Origin: Mytilus trossulus
Lineage: Eukaryota
Reading direction: 5' to 3'
Length of the DNA stretch: 64,000 bases
Assembly (NCBI RefSeq): GCF_036588685.1
Contig: NC_086386.1
Span: 48,484,001 to 48,548,000, forward strand
The notes under the pieces are model-generated. The model ran no database searches and was not told the origin of the DNA. It was given only the letters and a program-made list of their open reading frames with translations. Positions 39,301 through 51,300 of this stretch are shown piece by piece. Within the stretch, counting starts at the first letter, position 1. Each line of letters opens with the position of its first letter. Position numbers and translations under genes: made by a program.

Positions 39301-42300
39301 ACGGACAACATTTGATTGCTGCCCGCCCGCCGAGCATCCCCAAATCAATAACCGACATTTTTGTCACAAAAATCCAGTTAAAAATGACATATAAACATTA
39401 GAGTTTCATAGTTTTGACAACTAGCAGACATAACAGAAAGAGGGACACAAGGACTAGAAACAATCATGCCCCTCTATTTATGTAAATTGGGCAAAAAAAT
39501 ATATACAGCTTTAAAATTCTAGAAACAGTATGTCAGAATCTAATACAGTATTTTGTTTTATCTACTAACTTTTTTTCAAAAGAAATGGTGTATCTTTTAT
39601 TACTGTATGAAATCGATGTTAAAACAAGAACCTGTCCAAAGTACATAGATGCACTGCACTATCATTTTCCATGTTCAATGGACCGTGAAATTGGGTAAAA
39701 ATCTAGTTTGTCATTAAAATTAGAAAGATCATACCATAGGGAACATGTGTACTAAGTTTCAAGTTGATTGGACTTCAACTTCATCAAAAACTACCTTGAC
39801 AAAAAACTTTAACCTGAAACTCACACTTTTATTTTCTATGTTCAGTGTACCATAACATTGGGGTCAAAAGTCTAATTTGGCTTTAAAATTAGACAGATCA
39901 TATCATAAGCAACAAGTGAACTAAGTTTCAAGTTGATTGGACTTCAGCTTCATCAAACACTACCTTGACCAAAAACTTTAACCTGAAGCGGGACAGACGG
40001 AAAGACCAGATTACATAATGCCCCTCTACTGGGGCATACAAATTATAATGACTTCTTCTTAATTGGAAATAACTTCAAATATATTTTGTAAACTTACTGG
40101 TGCAAGATTTATATCCATCACCACGGTAACCATGCCTACAATGGCACTTGTAGTTGTCACACACTGCATTGGCTGTGCATACTTTACCATCACACAGTCC
40201 TTCCTCTATAAAATAAAAATACACAAAAAAATCTTTTTTATTATTCATGACACCATTTTATTCAAGTATTTGAAAAGAAGTATGTTTTCAAGCAGTATAG
40301 TTTTTGCTGTCATATAAAAATTATAAATATTGAACTTGAACTACCAACTTTTTATTCTATGTTTATCTTTATTTCTTAACCATTACCATTTTTCAAATTT
40401 ATGACATTTATCATAACTTTTTACTATTTGATTTCTAACATCTCTCATGTTTCCAAGTGTAGAGTCCATCAAAACCTTTTGTAAATTTCCTTTTTAAACT
40501 GATTTGTACAATGTATCAATATTCACTTACGTTCACACTTCAGAAAAGGATTTCCATGGTAACCATTTTGACAGATACATTCATTTGCATCACAAAAAGC
40601 ATACGCTGCACATTTTCTATTTTTACAAAGTTCTATAAACATAAAATTGCATATTATTATCTATAGGTTACTTTATCGTTTCCTAAAAAAAACCTGCTTT
40701 AAATCATTGAATCCTATAAAGTTTAATATTCTATGTTATAAATGGTATGAATGTGTGAGTAACATCTTTATAATTATATTTTTTGAAATTTTTGTTTGAT
40801 CATACATTATGTATGTGCCTGTTCCAAGCCAGGAGCCTGTAATTCAGTGGTTGTTTTTTGTTTCTGTGTTACACATTTGTTCTCAGTTCATTATTTTGTA
40901 CATTAATAAGACTGTTAGTTTTCCTGTTCAATGTCTTTTACATTGATCATTTCAGGACCTTTTATAGCTGATGATGCAGTATGGGTTTAGCTCATTGTTG
41001 AAGGCTGTAGTGACCTATAGATTTTCTGTGTCATTTGTTCTCTTGTGAAGATTTGTCTCGTTGGCAATCCCACCACATCTTCTTTTTAAAAAGTATAACT
41101 AAAACTCTTACTTTCACATTTTGAATATCCGCTTCCTACATAGCCTGTGTCACATACACACTTGTAATCAAAACAGTGGGCGTTGGCTACACATGATTTC
41201 CCTCCACAAACACTTAATGCTGAAATGTAAACATACAATTGTAAATAATAAAGTCTGCATATTGAAATTGATGCAAGAAAACATTGGAATGCTCAAAGGG
41301 TTATTAATCAGAAGTCAGTTAAATGACCCTGTTGTATAAGTGTATTTGGATATTCTCAGGAGTATTAATATTGCCAAAAATATGACTCTTAAATTTACAA
41401 TAACTCTGAAAAAAAGTGCTGATATACAGACAAACTTATTGGCAGACAAACACATAAAGGGACAGACAGAATGGCAAACTTTTACATGGAGCAGCGACAG
41501 ACAAACAGAAATAAACTAGTATACCCTCTTCTTTCATAGTGTGGATATAGTTATTGCGAATCTCATATATAAAGTAAATAGTAATCTAAACTTACGTTCA
41601 CAAAGCTTTGTTCCACAACCATGGTAACCTGGTTTGCACAAACATCCCCCTACATCAGAACAAAAGGCATTTTCCTTGCAGATTTTCCCATTGCATAATT
41701 CTAAAAAACATTTTATATTTTATCAAACAAAACAAAATTTCAAGTTCTTTTAATACAGAAACCCATTGGGAAATAAATCTTAAAATAGCCCTTCTGGTTT
41801 TCTTCTTTTAATGGTATTGTAAAGTAAGAATGTGTTCTATGCATCTCTACCCTAGGATAAGAAAACTTTGGCTCAGTATTTGACACTACATCTAAGGAAT
41901 ATATGACTGTGGCTGTACTAAACTGTATTTACACTAACTCTAGGAAATTAAAGTCCTCAATACTCTTCAACTGCCTATTTCATTTGGCCTTTTTATTTAT
42001 TTTTTAAATCAAGCATCACTCAGTCTTTTGCAACAGTAAAAACATTCAAATAATTACTGAATTTTTATTGGCTGATAAAAAATTTCCCCAATATCAAACA
42101 TTCTTAACTTGAAAAATACAAATAAGGATATTTAATATTCATGGTTTCATTTTTAACAAAAAAAATACTTTCTCAAATAAAAAGAATAACAAACAAAAAA
42201 AAAACAAAAAAAAAATAGAAAGATCACATCCTCAGCAAACCTAATTAAACCATATGATATTTTTTTCTTACTATCATAGCATATACAAACTGTGTTCTGG

Positions 42301-45300
42301 ACAAAAAAATTTAAACGGGTTTGATTTTGACTTCAATTTCAATTTTAAATAATCATGCTATACATTATTCTTGTTTTTAAATACTTACTTTGACATTGAT
42401 TGTAACCATTGCCAAGGTAACCATGTAAGCATTGACACTGATAGTCTATACAAGCAGCATTAGTGGTACATTTTTTACCTCCACACAATGACAATACTGT
42501 AAGAAAATCATACACGAGTCAAAAAATAATCAAAACTTTAGAAAAACCTCGAGCTCCATTCTCAATTAAAATAATATGATTTTTTTTAAATATTTTCTAT
42601 TATTGTAAAAAAAATGTTTTATAATATAAGATAAAACTATTCTTTTGTTTTGACTTCATTTTAATGAAGTTTCATTAATAACGTACATTTCAGCATCAAA
42701 TTTGCTAATGTATGAAAATATAAACAGATCATTTGTAGCTTTCTGAAAATTAAACTACATTCACAAAAAACTGACATCTGTGATCAGACATTTAAATCTA
42801 TATGGTCATTTTGTTTATTTTTAATATTTCTTACCTTCACATTTTTTTGTTCCATCACCATGGTAACCCTCTTTACACATACACTGACCATTCTGACATT
42901 CAGAATATTCCACACATCGTACATTGTTGCATAAAGCTAATGACGAAAATAAAATTGTTTCTTACATACTTGATTATTATCATTTTTCAATACACTCTTA
43001 CAGTTGGAAACTATGGAACAGTTTTTGTGTGATTTATTTTCTTGCTTTTATACTGAATTATGCATGTCTTTCATTTTTTTCTTTTGATAATCATTCCTCC
43101 ATATTATATATTAACAAAAGTTATAGTTTACTCTTTCTTTATAAATGACTTGAGTTTTGGTTTTTATCTTTCCAAAATCCATGTAAAATGTATTCTGTAA
43201 TTGTATTTGATTTCAATAGTATAAAATGTTTTTTAAATATGATACAATTTGAGTGAGTTATTTCCCTTGGTCACAATTAAGATTTTGGTATTTGACTAAT
43301 TTAAATTTAATTTCAAACAAATCTAAAAAGATATAATTTAACCGTATTAATAAATAAAGCAAGGCTAAATGAAATTAAAACTTTTCAGAAAATAACTTAT
43401 TCAGAATAAAGAAATTTTAAATTTTCACAAATATCGGTGTAAGGGAAATACAAAGGGAATACTTACGTGTACACACATAATATCCATTGCCATAGTAACC
43501 ATAATCACATACACACTGGAAGTTATTACACTTTGCGTTTAATGCACACTGTCTGCCATCACAATATTCAATAGCTAAAATGAAAATTAATTAAATGCCC
43601 TTTTATATCCATGAAAATGTATAAATATCTTTTAATTAATATCAAGAAAATTAGTAATCTGATTTAAATAATTGACATATATTTTTTGCCAAAGCTAATA
43701 AAACTACAAGCAGGATACCAAATATAACAGACCTTATCACAATACACCTTATCGCTATTTGTCCGCCATTACTGGATATCACACAGGTTCCCTTAAAATT
43801 TTGACGTCATAAAACAAAATATCTGATGCCATAATGGAAAAGTGATTGTTGTATGCGTCAAAAGGTCAAGCAGCCGGGTCGGCTGGCCGAGTAGGCTAAT
43901 AGTGATAAGATGTATATAATACATGGTTCAGAAAGCCCAACAGAAAGCCCCTTGCCTTTGCCACTTCATCAAAGGAAAACAAAAACTTGTCAAATGTATT
44001 TAAATATTTGTCCATTTTCAGCTCAATATAAATAGCAGCTGAGAATTGTTTGTGAAAAATGAAGCAATGGTAACCACTTATATTATCTGAGTGTTTATAA
44101 ATTGATCTACCTATCTCAGTTTTCCCAATACTTGTATAAATTTGAATTTTTAGATTATAAATGAAATCAGTACGAGTATGTCAAAACACAAACTATACAG
44201 CAATCAATTATTAAATATCATGTATAAAGTGTCCAACATTTCCATGTGGAAACAACTATAATACAAGTTAGATGACAATAGGTTACAATTCCTCTTTTTA
44301 GTGTGCAGTCATGTATATATAGGATCGTGTTTAAGATTGGATGGCTGGGTAATAACCTTTTTTCTTAAGGATATCTTGTGACATGGACTATAAATATGAG
44401 CTTAAAATTTCTTGTCATGACCTTTTGTTGTACCTGAAATGAGTTCATAAAAAATACACACTGAAGGAGGCAAATTTATGTATTCCTCATGCTACTTTTG
44501 ATTTATGGGAGATGAAAATATCTTTTCATCTAAATTGTACTCATCTGTATTATTCTAAATTAACAAATCTCCACTATATATAAGATACCTGCATATTTTT
44601 TGTAAATTTGTCACTGATCAATATCAAGCATGTGCAGATATCCTAATCAAGTCAATTTTAACCCATAAAATTTTGTTACTAAAAATAGCATAGGTAATTT
44701 CCTATTTTACTGTTCACAAATAGTCAATGTGATTCCCCTTAGAAATCTGAAAGTTATTCTTACCTAATCTAAAATACTATATGTGTAGTAGTACCAACCA
44801 AGTAAGTGGAATTTACTGCAATTGCTTAAACTAATAACTGTTCATTATGTTACAACTCTTCAGTCTTGTAATGTTGTTTAATTTCTAGTTGTAGCAGAAA
44901 AATTCAGTCTTGGATATTGAATTGTTTTATTTTTAAATTCTATGAAGTTTTATTTACAAAAGGTTTGCATCATCTTATATTAACTTTTATTTTATTGGAT
45001 AAAAATATCTAACATTATGTTGTATTGTTTAGGTAGCAGTATATCTTCCTTATTATATCAAATCCCAAATAATCATGTGACTTGTTTCTTTAAATAGAAC
45101 AAAAACTTCCCAGGTTTGTAGGGAACTCCCAAATTCTTAGTCATCAGTTTTATCTGGAAAAGTCGAAATCTGTTCATATGAGCATAATTTTAGCAGGTAA
45201 GAAGATTGTCTAATGAAAATCATAACTTAGTATCATTATTTGTAAGAAAAAAGAAGTAAATTTTCTGTATTTAACTATTCCAGGCAAAATTATAAATTAA

Positions 45301-48300
45301 CTTTCATTTTGAAAATTTCATAGTTAGAACTTTACTCCCTTTCATTTATGAATTCAAAAGTCAGTACATGAAGATACAAATCAAACAAATATGACCCCAT
45401 TCTATGTCCTGCAATGATGTGTAAGCAAGTCCTGGAAACAATGTTTCCATAATTTATTAAATAGTTGGAAGCTGGCCACCTTTTTCTTACTTTTACTTTG
45501 ATCTTCCAATATCAAATATAAAGACAAAATTGTTGTATCCATTAAAATCTTTAAATCTCTGTTTTGCCTTTATATTGTGCTCTGTTCTTTCTAAATTTAA
45601 AATAAATTTGGAATGACTTGTACAAAGGCTGATCCAAATCATTGTGGACAAAAAAGCTCTGAAAAGCAATTTAACTAGAAATAAGAACTTATAATAATAT
45701 TAATAAAATGTATATATTATCTTATTATTTCTAATTATTCCTATCAAATATAAATGATATATACAAAAACATTTTCAAATCAATTGTTTTAATGAATTAT
45801 TTCAGTTGGTACTGATAATTGGATTGTGTACCACCATTTACCCAACATGCTCTACATGTATATATCTTCATCATTTTCTTTATACCTTTAAAAATTACTC
45901 CTTTCCAATACACTTTTGATTTTGGAACCCAAAAGAACAGAGGTGTATTCCAAATCAATATTTAAAAGAGAAAGTAGAAGATAAATTGTAAGCTCTCCAA
46001 ATTTGTAATAATAATAATGTTCTCTCTACACTTCAGCATTATTTATAATCACATCATGGATCGAGAAGATAAGAGACGCTATTTTATTGTTGGATCAGTA
46101 ATATTAGAGATAGTCACACCTATGTTCCACCAGCGAGTGGAAAAAGAGTACAAGAAAAGAGGCTTTCCTACATTTCAGGCTTTCCTCAACAGTGAATCTG
46201 TGATACATATCTTATTTCACCTACGACATAGAAATGTATGGTGCTGTGTCGACAAAAAGTCTTGTTCAAACCATGATGAACTGCCACTGGTCTATGACGA
46301 GTGGGATCTTCTATACACGCCAAAGAAAGATATAGGTAGTAATCACAGCTGTCATTGTCAATACACGGCTAATTCTGTCCAACTAGAAGAACTAGACATA
46401 TCATTGGCTGGCCTGATCTTGTTGAACTGTTTTGCTCTCGGAAAGGACAAAAATGCCATCAGTTCCCTCAGACAATTTAAGAGTGATTATTTATGTCATA
46501 ATACATGTGGCTCCATGGATAAGGAAGAGTTTGATGCATTGTGGGACGATTTACAGGATGACGTCCTACATCTTGACCCCAGCAAACAAGATGAACTGAT
46601 GCAGATACAGGAGAGACCCCTGGATGACCGTCTTAGAGTGAGATACTGCAAGATCCTACTGGGCATTATCAAACCTAATGAGGTATGTAATATTATATAA
46701 CCAAAAATATTGGATAGCAAATTGACCATACCAATCTCCATTAAAATAATTGACAAAGAATCAAAAATAAACAAGAACTATTAACTCATGGTCCAGATAG
46801 GGGTTCCACCAGGGTACCTCCAAATATCACTAAGTCTAGCTTAAACATTGCTGCAGGTCAACAAGTCACTTTAAAGCAACCTGAACAGGTTTCTGTTCAA
46901 CCATATTATGGTTTGACCAACATGACCAAGAGGGACCAAAAACCTGTAAAAAGAATAGCTGAAATCCATCTATGCCATATACAGATATAGGAAGATGTGG
47001 TGTGAGTGCCAATGAGAATGATGAGACAACTCTCCATCCAAATAACAATTTAAAAAAAAAAAAAAAAGTAAACCATTATAGGTCAATGAACAGCCTTCAA
47101 CACGGAGCCTTGGCTCACACCGAACAACAAGCTATAAAGGGCCCCAAAATTACTAGTGTAAAACCATTCAAACAGGAAAACCAACGGTCTCATCTACATA
47201 AATTTAAAAAAAACGAGAAACGAGAAACACGTAGATATTACATAAACAAACGACAACTACTGTACATCAGATTCCTGACTTAGGACAGGTACAAACATTT
47301 GCAGCAGGATTAAAGGTTTAAATGGATCCAAACCTTCTCCCTTTTTCTGAAACAATAGCATAACATCACAACCTAGAAAAACACACGATAAAATATCAAT
47401 TGGCAGACGTAACTCAATCAAAAAACGTAAATTAATACAAATGAATGCTTGATGTTGCTTTTTCTTCTTCTTGAAAAAATATCCTTTCTACTACACTAAT
47501 CCACATTATCAACAATAATAACAACAGTACTATGAATTTTAATAATCAATTAATTCAATTCTTCCACATTTTTAATTCTAATTTGATATTTCATTAGGTT
47601 GACAACAGAGAACCAGAGAGATGTCCAATTCAAGATTTGTGTTCCACTTTGCTTGAATTAAGAAATCTGATAGTCTCAATGGACACAAGATTGAGATCTT
47701 CTACATCTACTACTAATGAGCCAAATAAGGTACTAAATTACTTATAGTTCTATATATATATAAGACACATAAATGTAAATAGGGATATGTATAATGTATT
47801 AATATATTTGGAAAAAAAATCCTCAGCTACCATGTATATATATGGCACAATATTTTTTCTAGAATCAAACTTTTTTAAATAAATAACATATACATTGTAT
47901 ATATATGAATGTGGTCAGGAATATAACACTACACACAGGTTATTACAAATAATTACCAATATTGGCTATGTGTAATTCTTGCATTGACACTTTTGACATA
48001 ACATTTTTGTATAATAATTTCAGGCACTTGGAGGTGTTCGATGTCAGTCTCACACAGATAGCTCTTTAAGTAAGTATGATTAACTGGGAATATTTTAAAA
48101 TGTTTGTCAAGTTCTGATATTAGAGTTTTGATGATACAAGACATTTGTTCTATGGTGATACACCTACATGCCACATATCATAACACTTTGTTATCTATGG
48201 TGATACACCTACATGCCACATATCATAACACTTTGTTATCTATGGTGATACACCTACATGCCACATATCATAACACTTTGTCATCTATGGTGATACACCT

Positions 48301-51300
48301 ACATGCCACATATCATAACACTTTGTTATCTATGGTGATATACCTACATGCCACATATCATAACACTTTGTCATCTATGGTGATACACCTACATGCCACA
48401 TATCATAACACTTTGTCAAACAATAACTAAGGTCTGTCCTAGTTCAGCTGAGTTTCATACAATGTGTGAACAATTCTGGGTAAATTAGTTTTCCTCCTTT
48501 CAATTTCTTATAGTGGAGACTTAACAATGCTGATACCAATTGAAAATTGATGCAACTAAGATCAAACCCATGTACAAGAATATGTTTTCATATGACACCA
48601 TGTCCACACTTTCATGGTCATGTTTCCATGTTCAGTGAACAAGGAAATCTGGTAAAAAACAAGTGACAACAACTTCATTCACCAAAAACATTAACAAACA
48701 GACACACAACACAGAAAAAAATGTACAGATTATTAAAACAAGGGCATGATTTAACAAGTACATAAATGTCAGTTAAGATCTGCTAAAATAAATCACAAAC
48801 TCAAGGGATACTTATTTCTCTGCAATTCTCTTTTTAAACAGGAAAACAGTATCAGCTAGGACAAGATATATTCTGTCAACATAGTGAACTTGACCTAACA
48901 AAAATACTCAATGAAGAACACACAGATGATATATCTGATGCAGTGATCATGGATGATGGAAAACTTGTCATCTGCTTGTGGAACACTAAAAAACTATTGA
49001 TTTGTAATGCAGATGGATCCCAACCAGAGATAATACAGTGCTTGGGACAACCAGTGAAAATAACAGCCGTCAATGACTCAACAGTAGCAGTTATATTCAT
49101 GGAAATGCCACTTGTAGTTTATACTTATGACATAAATGCTAGACAATTATTGAGAACGATAACAGTACCTGACATGCATCATATGAGTTCCGTCACAACA
49201 ATAGAGAACAAGCTTCTGATTGGTGGAGATCAAGGACTATGGACTACTGACCCTGACACTGGAAAAACTCCACAGAAACTTCCAATAGAGTGTCAACCCG
49301 TCACAGTACATGCTTGTGGTGACAGAATATTCTACAATGAAACTTCAAACGAAAATATTCTAAACTGTTACACAACAGCTGGTCATGAAATCTTCACGAC
49401 TGCGTTACAATCTTCGGCTACGAGTGTATTTACACTACAAGATGGTAGTCTTTATGTATCCTGTCGTGATGGAACAATACAACATGTGTCGTCTGACGGA
49501 GAGTGGTATACGACTGTTACCACGGAGGAACTGACATCAATGAAAGGTCTAAACGATCCCAGATACAATCAAAAACAAAAGAAACTTATAACCTTTAATG
49601 AACCAACTGGATTTGTGCACATTTTCAACCAGATGTAAATTCTTTGTTCCTTTATTTTTGCATTGTATTCTTGAACTTATTGTAAAGGAATTATTGTTAA
49701 ACATTTTTGATAATTAGACAGTATATAAAAGAATTTTTTTTAGAAGTTATATTTATTTCCTTAAACATGTTAAAGGAAGGGTTCGATAAAACAAACAATT
49801 TCAAAATATTAGAAGACCAGTGTTGTACTGTTTTGATTTGCATTAAATTACAAATTGTTCATTCAACAATTTTCAAATTCTATATTTTGATTATTGGTTC
49901 TGTACTCCAAATCGAGATGAGGACCAATTTTTCATTATATATATATATATAAAAAAATAAGAATATGAAGTATTTTTGCTAAACTGTTTTTTTTTCCATT
50001 ATACTTTTCTGAACAAATGCTGAAAATTATGAAATTCAAGAGACAAAAAAAATTAGCTACACATATTAGCAAAGTCCATATTACATGTATTAGCTTCTAT
50101 ATATAAAAATATGTTTATACTTAAAAATGTACTTCTAGGAATTTAACAAGTTACTAAATTATATTTTGACAATAATCTGCTTATCTGTATAACATGTATA
50201 ATATTCTTTTTTTTTTATAAAAATAAGGCCGTTTGTTTTCTCGTTTGAATTGTTTTACATTGTCTTATCGGGGCCTTTTAAAGCTGACTATGCGGTATGG
50301 GCTTTGCTCATTGTTGAAGGCCATACGGTGACCTATATTTGTTAATGTCTGTTTCATTTTGGTCTCTTGTGGAGAGTTGGTTTCATGGGCAATCATACCA
50401 CATCTTCTTTTTTATATTTTCCTTTTGAGTAAATCAAAATAATTCTATCTGTGGCACTATGTCCAAATGGTTATTGAAAAATTCAAACAGAACTACTTTA
50501 ATGTTTTAAAATCTAACTTATCTGAACCAACAGGTTTAGTCAAATGACATAATCTAATGGAGATTTCCTTTTTTTTTTTATTTAACATGTGAATTTTTAC
50601 AAGCATTTGTATGTTTAATAAATATTTATATATATGTAAAATGTATTACAAATAAATATAAATGTAATTGTGAGTTTAATAACATTTTATAGTAAAAAAA
50701 AAAATGTTGAACTGTATTTCAATGGATCTGTTTAAGAAATAATGTTTATCCAAATTTTCATTTTCTGAAAAACATGGTGATTTTTTTAAATTTAACAGCA
50801 TGCTTTAAAAATAAATCTTATTTCCTGTGCGCACATAAATATTATTTTGTATCAAGTTTTCTTAAAGTTAATGACAATAGTAAAATCAGAATGGACAGAG
50901 ATCTAATTAAGCAGTAGTTGTCACATTTTTACACCATCTTTGAAGTTATGAATGAAATTGAACTTGGTTACCAATCAGGAGATTTACCCTTACATCAAAG
51001 AAGATGTCAAATTTGATGTACCAATCTTTGTTTGTCTGTTCTTAATTTCTGTATGTATGTCTTTAAAAGATGGTACCCAACACTTTCACTAAAATTAACT
51101 TGGCTCGTTTAATTTTCAAAGTATCTACTTTGACACTTTAACAAAAATATCAAAATTTGAAAAAATTTGAACCAACGGTTTTGTCAGAAAAATTACACTG
51201 GTTATATAGCAATTTGACAAACACCAATTTTGATCATTGAGAAGCTTAAAATTCCCTTTACAGAGTTATCTCCCTGTGGTGTAAGGTACCACCTTAAAAC

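Noticed and set aside
46017-46055. Upstream ATG given by the ORF track for the HEPN exon
   Set aside because: It lies in the polypyrimidine tract before the acceptor at 46035-46036; the ATG at 46056 is more plausible.
48104-48430. 108-aa repetitive His-rich ORF / CRISPR-like periodicity
   Set aside because: It is the translation of a 45-bp minisatellite; there are no unique spacers and the context is a eukaryotic intron.
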